Source: an uncultured Candidatus Binatia bacterium (GTDB lineage: Bacteria; Desulfobacterota; Binatia; UBA9968; JAJDTQ01). From it: DNA of 64,000 nucleotides. Positions within the stretch are counted from its first letter, which is position 1. Each line of letters begins with the position of its first letter. The stretch lies in assembly GCA_965215605.1 (NCBI GenBank), contig OZ244070.1, positions 1,824,001 to 1,888,000 on the forward strand. Reading direction: 5' to 3'. The translations under genes were made by a program, and so were the position numbers. A model generated the notes under the pieces. That model did not search any database. It had not been told where the DNA came from and saw only the letters and a list, made by a program, of their open reading frames with translations. Shown piece after piece: positions 7,952 to 17,353 of this stretch.

Positions 7952-9862
7952 ATGCCCCTCGTCAGCTTCGAAGACGTCTCCCTGCAGTTGGGCGACCAGC
8001 GGCTGTTGGCGCATGCCGACCTCGCCATAGAGCCGGGAGAGCGGGTGTGCCTGATCGGCCGCAACGGCGCGGGCAAGACCTCTTTGCTCCGGCTCATTAC
8101 CGGCCAGATCGAACCCGACGGCGGCGAGATCCGTTACCAGAGCCGCATCCGCATCAGCGAGCTGGAGCAGGCGCTGCCCGAGGAGCTCGGGCAGACGGTG
8201 CGGGAATACGTCACCACCGGGCTGGCGGACCTGCAGGCCGTCATCGACCTCTATCAGCAGCGGTCCAGGGAGGCCCTGGACCGCAAGGGCCTTCTTGAGC
8301 TGGAGGCGCTGCACCGGGAGATCGACGCCCACGGCGGCTGGCACGTGGACCAGCGGGTGGAGACGGTGCTGAGCGAGCTGGACCTGCCGGCAGAGCGGCT
8401 GCTGAAGGAGCTGTCCGGCGGCTGGCAGCGCCGGGTGGGGCTGGCCCGCGCCATCGTCGGCAACGCTGAGCTGCTGCTCCTCGACGAGCCCACCAACCAT
8501 CTCGACCTGAGCACCATCCAGTGGCTCGAGGACCGGGTCTACAACTATGCGGGCGCCGTCCTGTTCATCACCCACGACCGCGCCTTCCTGCGGCGGCTCG
8601 CCACCCGCATCGTCGAGCTGGACCGCACCCGGCTTACGAGTTGGCCCGGCAGCTACGACAACTACCTCGATCTCAAGGAGCAGTCCCTGGCGGAAGACGC
8701 CCGGCACAACGCCCTGTTCGACAAGCGGCTGGCCCAGGAGGAGGAGTGGATACGGCGCGGCATCAAGGCGCGCCGCACCCGCAACGAAGGCCGGGTGCGG
8801 GCGCTCATGGCCATGCGGGAGGAGGCGGCCCAGCGGCTCAAGCCCCAGGGGCACGCACGCATCCACGTGCAGCACGGCGGACAGTCCGGCCGCAAGGTGG
8901 TGGAACTCCGCAACGTCACCCACGGCTTCGGCGGCGAGCCGCTGATCGACAACCTGTCGCTCCGCATCATGCGCGGCGACCGCATCGGGCTCATCGGCAA
9001 CAACGGCGTGGGCAAGAGCACGCTCTTGCGCATCCTCGTGGGAGAAATCACGCCGAACTCCGGGACCGTGGAGCCGGGCGCCAATCTCGAGATCGGCTAT
9101 TTCGATCAACTGCGGCGGCAGCTCGACCCCGAAAAGACCGTGGCCGAGACCGTCGCCGACGGCCGCGACCACGTCTTCGTCAACGGACGGCCGCGCCACG
9201 TCGTCGGTTACCTCAAGGGATTCCTCTTCAGCCCCAAGCGGGCCATGAGCCCGGTGGCGGCGCTGTCCGGCGGCGAGTGCAACCGCATCATCCTGGCCCG
9301 GCTGCTCACCCAGCCGGCGAACCTGCTGATCCTGGACGAGCCCACCAACGACCTCGACATCGAGACCCTGGAGGTGCTGGAAGAACAGCTCGTGGCGTAC
9401 CGGGGCACGCTGCTGGTGGTGAGCCACGACCGCAGCTTCCTCGACAACTGCGTCACCAGCACGCTGGTGTTCGAGGATTCCGGCCGCATTCAGCCCTACG
9501 CCGGCGGCTACAGCGACTGGGCCAGACGCGGCAAGGCCCTCAACGTCACCGACGATCCCAACCGGAAGCGGGTCCAGGAGCCGGCCCGGGACCGGCGCGA
9601 GACGCGGTCGCGCCCCAACAAGCTCAGCTACAAGCTGCAACTGGAGCTGGACCGGCTACCGGACCGCATCGAGGCCATGGAGCAGGCGGTGGCCACGCTG
9701 GAGGAAAGGACCCACCAGCCGGCCTTCTACGCCCAGCCCTTCGCCAACGTCCAGCCGGTCCTGGACGATCTCAAGGCCGCCAAGGCAACCCTCGACCAAG
9801 CGGTGGAACGCTGGACCGAGCTGGAGACACTCAGGGAAGAGGCGGAGCAGCGCTCACCGTGA
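7952..9862 (+). CDS. uup: ABC-F family ATPase Uup
   Basis: Two ABC domains (GRNGAGKT/LSGG/LLLDEPTNHLD; GNNGVGKS/DEPTNDLD), IKARRTRNEGRVRAL linker and KLSYKLQ C-terminal coiled coil. Confidence 0.9.
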   Translation: MPLVSFEDVSLQLGDQRLLAHADLAIEPGERVCLIGRNGAGKTSLLRLITGQIEPDGGEIRYQSRIRISELEQALPEELGQTVREYVTTGLADLQAVIDLYQQRSREALDRKGLLELEALHREIDAHGGWHVDQRVETVLSELDLPAERLLKELSGGWQRRVGLARAIVGNAELLLLDEPTNHLDLSTIQWLEDRVYNYAGAVLFITHDRAFLRRLATRIVELDRTRLTSWPGSYDNYLDLKEQSLAEDARHNALFDKRLAQEEEWIRRGIKARRTRNEGRVRALMAMREEAAQRLKPQGHARIHVQHGGQSGRKVVELRNVTHGFGGEPLIDNLSLRIMRGDRIGLIGNNGVGKSTLLRILVGEITPNSGTVEPGANLEIGYFDQLRRQLDPEKTVAETVADGRDHVFVNGRPRHVVGYLKGFLFSPKRAMSPVAALSGGECNRIILARLLTQPANLLILDEPTNDLDIETLEVLEEQLVAYRGTLLVVSHDRSFLDNCVTSTLVFEDSGRIQPYAGGYSDWARRGKALNVTDDPNRKRVQEPARDRRETRSRPNKLSYKLQLELDRLPDRIEAMEQAVATLEERTHQPAFYAQPFANVQPVLDDLKAAKATLDQAVERWTELETLREEAEQRSP

Positions 9863-9956
9863 GACTGGACGTCATGCCGCACCCCGCCGTCCCTACAGGC
9901 CGGGGCGTCGTTGCCTGCCTCCCGAAGTTCCGATAAGAAGGTGTGCGGAGACACCC

Positions 9957-12254
9957 ATGAAAAAACAAAGACTAACAGTGGCAGGGCGGCCCGCGGTGCG
10001 CCTCGACGCGATCGAGAAGGTTTCGGGCTCGGCCTTTTATACCGGTGACATCGAGCTTCCGGGAATGGCGTATGCCAAGATCCTGAGGAGCCCGTTGCCC
10101 CATGCGCGGATCCTTAAGGTCGATGCCAGCAAGGCCAGGGAATTGCCGGGCGTCGTCGACGTCCTGACCCGGGACGAGCTGGCCGGCCTCAACTACAACT
10201 ACGGCGCCACCTACAAGGACCAGGCGGTGGTGGCGGTGGACAAGGTGCGATACGTCGGCGATCCGGTGGCAGCGGTGCTGTCCGCGGACGAGCTGGTGGC
10301 CGAGGAGGCGCTGGCGCTCATCGACGTGGAGTACGAGGAACTGCCCTTCGTGGACAACGTGGACGCCGCCCTGGCACCGGGCGCTCCGCAGGTGCATGAG
10401 GGCGACGTTCCCAAGGCCGAGTTGCGGGGCTCCAAGTACGGCGCGCCGGACCGGTTCAAGGGCACCAACGTGTGCTATCACTTCGGCTACTCGCGGGGAG
10501 ACGTCGAGGACGGCTTCGCACAGTCCGACCACGTCTTCGAGGATGTTTTCCGCTTCAACCGGGTGCAGCACTACTCGCTGGAGCCCCACATCTGCCTCGC
10601 CCACTACGACGGCGAACGCCTGACGGTGTGGAGTTCGTGCCAGGATCCGTTCACCCTGCGGGGACACCTGGCCGGGATCTTCAAGCTGCAGCTCAACCGG
10701 GTGCGCGTGGTGGTGCCCTATGTCGGCGGCGGCTACGGCGGCAAGCTCTACGTCAAGGCCGATCCCATCGCCGCGGCGCTAGCGGTGCGGAACCGTCGCC
10801 CGGTCAAGCTCGCCATGAGCGTCAGCGAGAGCTTCAAGACCGTGACGCGCCATCCCGCGCGCATCCGCATCAAGACCGGAGTCAGCAAGAAGGGCGCGAT
10901 GGTGGCCCGGGAGCTGGAAGTCTACATGGATACCGGCGCCTACGCCGACGCCGGACCCCGGGTGACCCAGAAGGCCGGCTACCGGGCGGTGGGTCCCTAC
11001 CGCGTCGCCAACGTAAAGATCGATGCCCACGGCGTCTACAGCAACACCGTGCCGGCGGGGGCCTTCCGCGGCTTCGGCGCGGTGCAGGTGGCCTGGGCCT
11101 ACGAGTCGCAGATGGACATGATCGCCAAACGGCTCGGCATGGACCCGCTCGACTTCCGGCTCAAGAACCTGCTGGAGAAGGGCGAGCCCTACACCCCCGG
11201 CGACACCCCGGTGGACTGCGACCTGAAGCAGGGATTGCGCAAGGTGGCCCGGGCGCTGGACTGGAAGAAGGCTTCCCGGCCCAACGTGGGCAAGGGCCTG
11301 AGCGTTTGCCTGAAGGACGCCGGGGGCACCTACAAGGTGGCCGGCGCCACCGTGAAGATGTCGTCGGACGGCAGCGCCGTGCTGCTCACGGGCACCGTGG
11401 AGGTGGGCCAGGGTTCCCGCACGGCCTTGAGCCAGGTGGTGGCGGAAGAGTTGGGCATCGCGCTCGAGCAGGTGTCCGTGGCCCAGTTGGATACGGACGT
11501 CACCCCCTTCGACGTGTCCACCAGCGCCAGCAGCTCCATGACGGTCATGGGCCTCGCGACCCAGCGGGCCGCCCAGGACGTAAAGAAGCAGTTGCTCAAG
11601 GCCGCGGCCAGGGTCATGAAGGAGAAGGCCGGCGACCTCACGCTCAAGGGCGGTCGGGTGCGCGCCGGCAAGGGCCGCGGGCTGGCCTACAGCGACGTCA
11701 TTTCCGAATACTTCGGCAGCTCCGCCACCGAGATCGTCGGCCGCGGGCTGTACCAGGACAAGAAGAGCAAGACCGCGGTGCTGGGTTCTCCCACCACTTT
11801 CTGGGAGGTGGGCTGGGGCGGCGTCGAGCTGGAAGTGGACCCGGATACCGGCGTCATCCGCATACTCAAGTACGTGTCCATGGCCGACGTGGGACGGGCC
11901 ATCAACCCGCTGCAGGCCGAGGGGCAGGACGAGGGCGGGGTGGTGTTCGGCCTGGGACACACGCTGCTGGAAGAGATGGTGTACGAGGACGGCCAGCTTC
12001 TGAACCCGAACCTCGTGGACTACCGCGTGCCGGGGTTCCACGATTTGCCGGAGAACTTCATCTCGGAGCTGGTGGAAAGCGGCAACGGCCCCGGCCCCTT
12101 CGGTGCCAAGGGCATGGGCGAGGGGGGTGTGCTGCCGGCCGCGTCCGCCATTGCCGCGGCAGTGGACGATGCCGTCGGCGTCCGCATCTGCGACCTGCCG
12201 CTGACGCCCCCCAAGGTATGGAAGCGCCTGCAGGAGCACGACAGCGCCGGCTAG
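9957..12254 (+). CDS. xanthine dehydrogenase family molybdopterin-binding (large) subunit
   Basis: RSPLPHARI, VGGGYGGK, AFRGFG, EVGQG, GPFGAKGMGE motifs. Confidence 0.92.
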   Translation: MKKQRLTVAGRPAVRLDAIEKVSGSAFYTGDIELPGMAYAKILRSPLPHARILKVDASKARELPGVVDVLTRDELAGLNYNYGATYKDQAVVAVDKVRYVGDPVAAVLSADELVAEEALALIDVEYEELPFVDNVDAALAPGAPQVHEGDVPKAELRGSKYGAPDRFKGTNVCYHFGYSRGDVEDGFAQSDHVFEDVFRFNRVQHYSLEPHICLAHYDGERLTVWSSCQDPFTLRGHLAGIFKLQLNRVRVVVPYVGGGYGGKLYVKADPIAAALAVRNRRPVKLAMSVSESFKTVTRHPARIRIKTGVSKKGAMVARELEVYMDTGAYADAGPRVTQKAGYRAVGPYRVANVKIDAHGVYSNTVPAGAFRGFGAVQVAWAYESQMDMIAKRLGMDPLDFRLKNLLEKGEPYTPGDTPVDCDLKQGLRKVARALDWKKASRPNVGKGLSVCLKDAGGTYKVAGATVKMSSDGSAVLLTGTVEVGQGSRTALSQVVAEELGIALEQVSVAQLDTDVTPFDVSTSASSSMTVMGLATQRAAQDVKKQLLKAAARVMKEKAGDLTLKGGRVRAGKGRGLAYSDVISEYFGSSATEIVGRGLYQDKKSKTAVLGSPTTFWEVGWGGVELEVDPDTGVIRILKYVSMADVGRAINPLQAEGQDEGGVVFGLGHTLLEEMVYEDGQLLNPNLVDYRVPGFHDLPENFISELVESGNGPGPFGAKGMGEGGVLPAASAIAAAVDDAVGVRICDLPLTPPKVWKRLQEHDSAG

Positions 12255-12282
12255 TGGCCGGTACTCCCGAAAGGAGCTCAAC

Positions 12283-13287
12283 ATGTCAGACCCCACCCGT
12301 TTCCGCGCCATGGTCGTCAGCGAGAACGAGGACAAGACCTTTTCCCGCGTCATCACCGAACGGTCGGCGGACGACCTGCCGGAAGGCGACCTGCTGGTCT
12401 CGGTGGCTTATTCCTCTCTCAACTACAAGGACGCGCTGTCGGCCTCCGGCAACAAGGGCGTCACCCGCAACTTCCCCCACACCCCCGGCATCGACGCCGC
12501 GGGCACGGTGGCGGAGAGCGGGGTGGGCGGTTTCGCCAAGGGCGACGAGGTGGTGCTGACCGGCTTCGACCTGGGCGCCAACACCGACGGCGGCTTTGCC
12601 GAGTACGTGCGGGTGCCGGCCGCCTGGGCGGTGAAGCGCCCGGACGGCTTGAGCCTCAAGGAGAGCATGGTCTACGGCACCGCGGGATTCACCGCGGCGC
12701 TCTCGGTGCTGCGGCTCCAGGAGGGCGGAGTCACGCCGGAATCGGGCGACGTGCTGGTGACCGGCGCCACCGGCGGTGTCGGCTGCCTGGCCGTGGCCAT
12801 CCTGGCCCAGGCCGGCTACCGGGTGGTGGCGTCCACCGGCAAGGAGTCGGAGAAGGACTTCCTCACGGGTCTGGGCGCGGCCGACGTGATCTCGCGGGAG
12901 GACGCGGACGATCAGTCCGGACGGCCCCTGCTCAGGGGCCTGTGGGCCGGCGTCGTGGATACCGTCGGCGGCAACATCCTCGCCACCGCCATCAAGGCCT
13001 CCAAGTACGGCGGTGTGGTCACCTGCTGCGGCAACGTCGCCTCGGTGGAGCTCAACACCACGGTCTTCCCCTTCATCCTGCGGGACGTGCGCCTCGTCGG
13101 CGTGGCCACGCCGGACTGCCCCGCGGACATCCGCGCTACCCTGTGGCAGAAAATGGCCATGGAGTGGAAGCTGCCCAACCTGGACGCCGTCACCATCGAC
13201 TGCTCGCTCGGCGAGCTTGACGGCCACATAGAGAGCATCCTCAAGGGCGGGATCCGTGGCCGCGTGGTGGTGGACCTGTCGCGCTGA
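12283..13287 (+). CDS. YhdH/AcuI-family NADPH oxidoreductase (MDR superfamily)
   Basis: YSSLNYKDAL, PGIDAAG, GTAGFTA, VTGATGGVG, VFPFILR. Confidence 0.9.
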   Translation: MSDPTRFRAMVVSENEDKTFSRVITERSADDLPEGDLLVSVAYSSLNYKDALSASGNKGVTRNFPHTPGIDAAGTVAESGVGGFAKGDEVVLTGFDLGANTDGGFAEYVRVPAAWAVKRPDGLSLKESMVYGTAGFTAALSVLRLQEGGVTPESGDVLVTGATGGVGCLAVAILAQAGYRVVASTGKESEKDFLTGLGAADVISREDADDQSGRPLLRGLWAGVVDTVGGNILATAIKASKYGGVVTCCGNVASVELNTTVFPFILRDVRLVGVATPDCPADIRATLWQKMAMEWKLPNLDAVTIDCSLGELDGHIESILKGGIRGRVVVDLSR

Positions 13288-13321
13288 CGGACACTCACGC
13301 ACCGTTTCCCGGGAGATCGCC

Positions 13322-15391
13322 ATGGCATCGTGGATGGTCGGCATCGATACCGGAGGCTCCTTCACCGATCTGATCGCGTTCGATCCCGACACCGGCGAGC
13401 GTCGGATCGCCAAGGTGCCGTCGAGGCCGGATGACCCGTCGGCCGCGGTGATGGATGCCCTGGACGAGCTGTTCCAGTCCGGGGTGGACCCGGGCGGGAT
13501 CGAGTTCCTGGTCCACGGCACCACGGTGGCCACCAACGCCATTCTGGAAGGCAGAGGCGCGCGCACCGGGCTGCTGATCACCCGCGGTTTCCGGGCGGTC
13601 TATGAAGGGCGCGGCTGGTCCCAGCCGGCGCCGGAGGACCTGGCGGACCCCTACTACGTCAAGCCCACGCTGCTGGCGCCCCAGTCGCTCACCGAAGAGA
13701 TCACCGAACGCCTCGACTATCTCGGCAACGTGCAGACGCCGCTCGACGAGGACGACGTGCGGCGGGCGGTCGCAAGCCTCAAGGAGAAGGAAGTCGAGGC
13801 GGTGGCCGTCAACTTCCTCTTCAGCTTCCGGAACTCCGATCACGAGGAGAGGACCGCGGCCATCATCGCCGAGATGGCGCCGGAATGGCGCGTGTCGGTG
13901 TCGTCGCGCATTCTGCCCACCATCCGCGAGTATCCGCGTCTCTCCACCACCGTCATCGACGCCTTCGTGGGCAGGTCCATGGAAACCTACCTGCTGCGGC
14001 TCGTGGACCGGCTGCGGGCCGCCGGCATCGAGACGCCGCAGATCTTCCTCATGCAGTCCAACGGCGGGCTGATGCGCATGAACGTCGGCGCCCGCTATCC
14101 CAACCAGACGCTGCTCTCCGGCCCGGCGGCCGGAGTGGTGTCCGGCATCGAGCTGGCCGCGCTCCTGGGACGCAGGAATCTCGTCACCTTCGACATGGGC
14201 GGCACGTCCACCGACATCAGCGTGATCCGGGATGGGCGGTCCGAGGAGACCACCGCGGGCCGGATTGCGGGACAGGATCTGGCGACCCCCATGCTGGCCG
14301 TCCACACCCTGGGCGCAGGCGGCGGCACCATCGCCTGGATCGGCAAGGACGGCCTCATGAAGGTCGGGCCCCGTAGCGCGGGCGCCGACCCGGGACCGGC
14401 CTGTTACGGCAGGGGCGGCGCGCTGCCGACGGTCACCGACGCCAACCTGCTGCTGGGCGCCCTCGGTGACAGCAGCGCGCTGGGCGGGCGGCTGCGGCTG
14501 GATCGGTCCGGGGCGGAGGCCGCGGTTCGTACAGGGCTGGCCGAACCCCTCGGTCTCGACGTGATGGAGGCCGCCGCCGGGGTTCTCAAGATCGTCAACA
14601 ACAACATGGCGGTGGAGCTCAGGCTTGCGCTGCAATACCGCGGCGTCGACCCGCGCGACTTCGTGCTGGTGGCCTTCGGCGGCGCCGGCCCGCTTCACGC
14701 CGGCGTGCTGGCGGAGGAGCTCCAGATACCCGCGGTGCTGGTGCCGCCGAACCCCGGACTCAACAGCGCCCTGGGGCTCCTCCAGACCCAGGTGCGTCAT
14801 CTCTACCTGCTGTCCGATCTCGGCCTGGTGAGCGGCTACGATCCCGCGCGCATGAACCAGCGTTTCGATGAACTGCGGCGCCGGGCCGAGGAGGACATCC
14901 GGGAAGAGCACTTCGATCTCTCCGAGGCGGTTTTCCGGCATCAGGTCGACATGCGCTACCTGCACCAGGGTTACGAGCTTTCCGTGGACTGCCCGGACCG
15001 GGAGATCTTGGAGACGGACAGGGCCGGGCTCAAGGCGGCCTTCGACGAGCTGCACGGCAAGGTGTACGGCCTGAGCGCCAAGGACGAGGACGCCGAGATC
15101 GTGACGTTCCGGCTGCTGGCGGAGATCGCGGTGCCGCGGCTCGCGCCGCCGCCCCTGGAAACCGGGGATCCGGGCGTCGAGCACGCCGAGATCGGCCGCC
15201 GGCCGCTCTTCGACCTGGAGCGCGGAGAATTCGTGGAAGCCGTGGTCCTCGACCGTGGCCGGTTGCTGGCCGGCAACCGGATCGACGGCCCCGCCGTGAT
15301 CGAGCAGTTGGACGCGACTACGGTGCTGTCCGAGTCGCAGCATGCCAACGTCGATACGTTCGGGAACATCGTGATCGAGAGGGACCCATGA
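13322..15391 (+). CDS. hydantoinase/oxoprolinase family, subunit A
   Basis: GIDTGGSFTD, HGTTVATN, LSGPAAG, DMGGTSTD, SAGADPGPACY, FGGAGPLH. Confidence 0.92.
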   Translation: MASWMVGIDTGGSFTDLIAFDPDTGERRIAKVPSRPDDPSAAVMDALDELFQSGVDPGGIEFLVHGTTVATNAILEGRGARTGLLITRGFRAVYEGRGWSQPAPEDLADPYYVKPTLLAPQSLTEEITERLDYLGNVQTPLDEDDVRRAVASLKEKEVEAVAVNFLFSFRNSDHEERTAAIIAEMAPEWRVSVSSRILPTIREYPRLSTTVIDAFVGRSMETYLLRLVDRLRAAGIETPQIFLMQSNGGLMRMNVGARYPNQTLLSGPAAGVVSGIELAALLGRRNLVTFDMGGTSTDISVIRDGRSEETTAGRIAGQDLATPMLAVHTLGAGGGTIAWIGKDGLMKVGPRSAGADPGPACYGRGGALPTVTDANLLLGALGDSSALGGRLRLDRSGAEAAVRTGLAEPLGLDVMEAAAGVLKIVNNNMAVELRLALQYRGVDPRDFVLVAFGGAGPLHAGVLAEELQIPAVLVPPNPGLNSALGLLQTQVRHLYLLSDLGLVSGYDPARMNQRFDELRRRAEEDIREEHFDLSEAVFRHQVDMRYLHQGYELSVDCPDREILETDRAGLKAAFDELHGKVYGLSAKDEDAEIVTFRLLAEIAVPRLAPPPLETGDPGVEHAEIGRRPLFDLERGEFVEAVVLDRGRLLAGNRIDGPAVIEQLDATTVLSESQHANVDTFGNIVIERDP

Positions 15392-15413
15392 ATCTCGCCG
15401 AGGGGAGAACGCC

Positions 15414-17093
15414 ATGAGCCTTGACCCGATCACCAGCGAAGTGGTGTTGAGCCGGCTGCGGGAGATCACCGCGTCCATGGCCCACGCGCTGTTCCACAGC
15501 GGCTATTCGCCGATCCTGCGCGAGTCGCAGGACGGCACCGCCGGGCTGACCGACGGCAACGGGCGCGTGATCATGGTGGGCGGGGGCCTGCAATATCATT
15601 CCCTGCTGTATTCGCAGTCGGTGGCCGGCGTCCTGGAACGCTACCCGGCGGAAGAGATGAGCGAGGGCGATTCGTTCGTTTCCAACGACCCCTACAAGGC
15701 GGGAAACAGCCACGTGCCCGACATGGTGGTGGCGACGCCGGCCTTTGACGACGGCAAGGTGGTGGCGTTCGGGGTCAGCGTAGCCCACAAGGCGGACGTT
15801 GGCGGCCTGGTGCCGGGGTCGAGCGGCGCGGCGTCACGGGAGATCTTCCACGACGGGATCCTGCTGCCGCCGGTGCGCTTCACCACGGCCCGGGGCGTGC
15901 TGCCCGAGGTGGAGGCGATCCTTCGCAACAACAGCCGCATTCCGGACGTGGTGCTCGGCGACCTGCGCGGACAGGTGGGGGCGACGAAACTCGGGGCGAT
16001 CCGGTTCCAGGAGCTGCTGCAGGAGTATGGGGCGGACACCCTGCTGGGCACCATCGACGAGTTGATGACGCGGACCACAGCCCGGGTGCGGGCCGAAATC
16101 GCCTCTTGGCCGGACGGGGAGCACGAGGCGGAAGGCTTCCTCGACCACGACGGCGTGGACCGCTCGAAGCCGGTGCGCATCCATGTCCGGGCCGTCAAGG
16201 CAGGGGACCGGTTGACCCTCGATTTCTCCGGCAGCGACCCCCAGGCCCCCGGACCGGTGAACACGACGCGGGTCACGGCCCGTGCGGTGTCGACCCAGGC
16301 GGTGCTGGCGGCATCGGATCCGAGCATCCCGATGAACGCGGGCGCGTTCGAGGCCATCGAGTTCAACCTGCCGCCCGGACGCGTGATGAGCCCGGAGTTT
16401 CCGGCGACCGTCAACCACTACTTCCCGACCTCGCACCTGGTCTACAACTGCGTCCTCGCCGCCATCGGAAAGTTCAACCCGAACCGGGCGGTGGCCCCCT
16501 CCGGCCTCGGCACCGGCGCCATCGCCGTCGGCTACAAGCAGAGCCGCTCGGCGGGCCGTCCCACCGTCCAGTACGAGATCATGATCACCTCGCTGGGCGG
16601 CACCAGCGACCACGACGGCGCGGCCATCGTCATGCCGGTTAACCACTTCGCCCCCGGCACGCCGGTGGAGATCCTCGAGACCGAGTATCCCGTCGCCGTA
16701 CGCCGATACGATATCTGGCAGGACTCGGCCGGCGCCGGGCGCTGGCGCGGCGGCACGGGTTTCATCCGCGAGTACGAGTTCCTCACCGATTGCACCCTCA
16801 CGGTCCGCTCGGCCAACCACCAGCAGGCCTCATGGGGCCTCAACGGCGGCGGAAGCCCACCCAACTCCAGGACCACCATCCAGAACCCCGACGAAGACCC
16901 GTCCGAAGTCGACATGCTGGAAACTCGACCCCTCAAGGCCGGCGCCCGGCTCGCCATCTTCCGTAGCGGCGGAGGCGGCTACGGCGATCCCAGGGAACGC
17001 CCCGCCGAGTTGGTGCGGCAGGACGTCGAGGATGGGTACGTATCGCGGGAACAGGCCCGGGAGGCGTACGGGCTTGGTGACGGAGAGGGGTGA
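15414..17093 (+). CDS. hydantoinase B/oxoprolinase family, subunit B
   Basis: SPILRE, NDPY..SH.PD, HKADVGG..PGS, DSAGAG.WRGG, GGGGYGDP.ER. Confidence 0.92.
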   Translation: MSLDPITSEVVLSRLREITASMAHALFHSGYSPILRESQDGTAGLTDGNGRVIMVGGGLQYHSLLYSQSVAGVLERYPAEEMSEGDSFVSNDPYKAGNSHVPDMVVATPAFDDGKVVAFGVSVAHKADVGGLVPGSSGAASREIFHDGILLPPVRFTTARGVLPEVEAILRNNSRIPDVVLGDLRGQVGATKLGAIRFQELLQEYGADTLLGTIDELMTRTTARVRAEIASWPDGEHEAEGFLDHDGVDRSKPVRIHVRAVKAGDRLTLDFSGSDPQAPGPVNTTRVTARAVSTQAVLAASDPSIPMNAGAFEAIEFNLPPGRVMSPEFPATVNHYFPTSHLVYNCVLAAIGKFNPNRAVAPSGLGTGAIAVGYKQSRSAGRPTVQYEIMITSLGGTSDHDGAAIVMPVNHFAPGTPVEILETEYPVAVRRYDIWQDSAGAGRWRGGTGFIREYEFLTDCTLTVRSANHQQASWGLNGGGSPPNSRTTIQNPDEDPSEVDMLETRPLKAGARLAIFRSGGGGYGDPRERPAELVRQDVEDGYVSREQAREAYGLGDGEG

Positions 17094-17114
17094 CGCAAGC
17101 GGGACACGGCGGCT

Positions 17115-17143
17115 TTGACCTTCTCCTGCAGGGGTCCTAAACT
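17115..17143 (+). promoter_or_regulatory. sigma70-like promoter
   Basis: TTGACC(17115)-17-TAAACT(17138). Confidence 0.55.
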
Positions 17144-17149
17144 AGCGCC

Positions 17150-17209
17150 AATACCCCTTGCGGTTTCGACCGCAGGGTGCGGGGCCTCTTCGGAGGCCCT
17201 TGCTTTTTC
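17150..17209 (+). ncRNA. candidate ~60-nt two-hairpin small RNA/leader ending in an intrinsic terminator
   Basis: CCTTGCGGT-TTCG-ACCGCAGGG, then GGGGCCTC-TTCG-GAGGCCCT followed by TGCTTTTT, starting about 7 nt after the -10 box. Confidence 0.4.
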
Positions 17210-17220
17210 AGCAGGCCTGC

Positions 17221-17295
17221 ATGCGCACCATCGTCTATGCCAGTTGCCGGATCCAATTCCCGGCACAAACATCCGCAGACCCTCCCCGGTGGTAG
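17221..17295 (+). pseudogene. remnant of a probable NYN (PIN-like) nuclease gene with a near-total internal deletion
   Basis: MRTIVY is joined directly to QLPDPIPGTNIR (shifted frame) and PPRW*. From memory these match the N- and C-termini of one NYN-domain family. Confidence 0.5.
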
Positions 17296-17353
17296 CTGGT
17301 GGCGCAGTTCAGTGAGGAGATGGTGAGGGGCGCCCCGAGACCCCCCGGAAACT

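Noticed and set aside
7286-9640. Long antisense or alternate-frame ORFs (784 aa here; also 10472-12559, 13295-15478, 25877-28249, 34200-35696 and others)
   Set aside because: They are shadows of well-supported genes in high-GC DNA and have no recognisable motifs.
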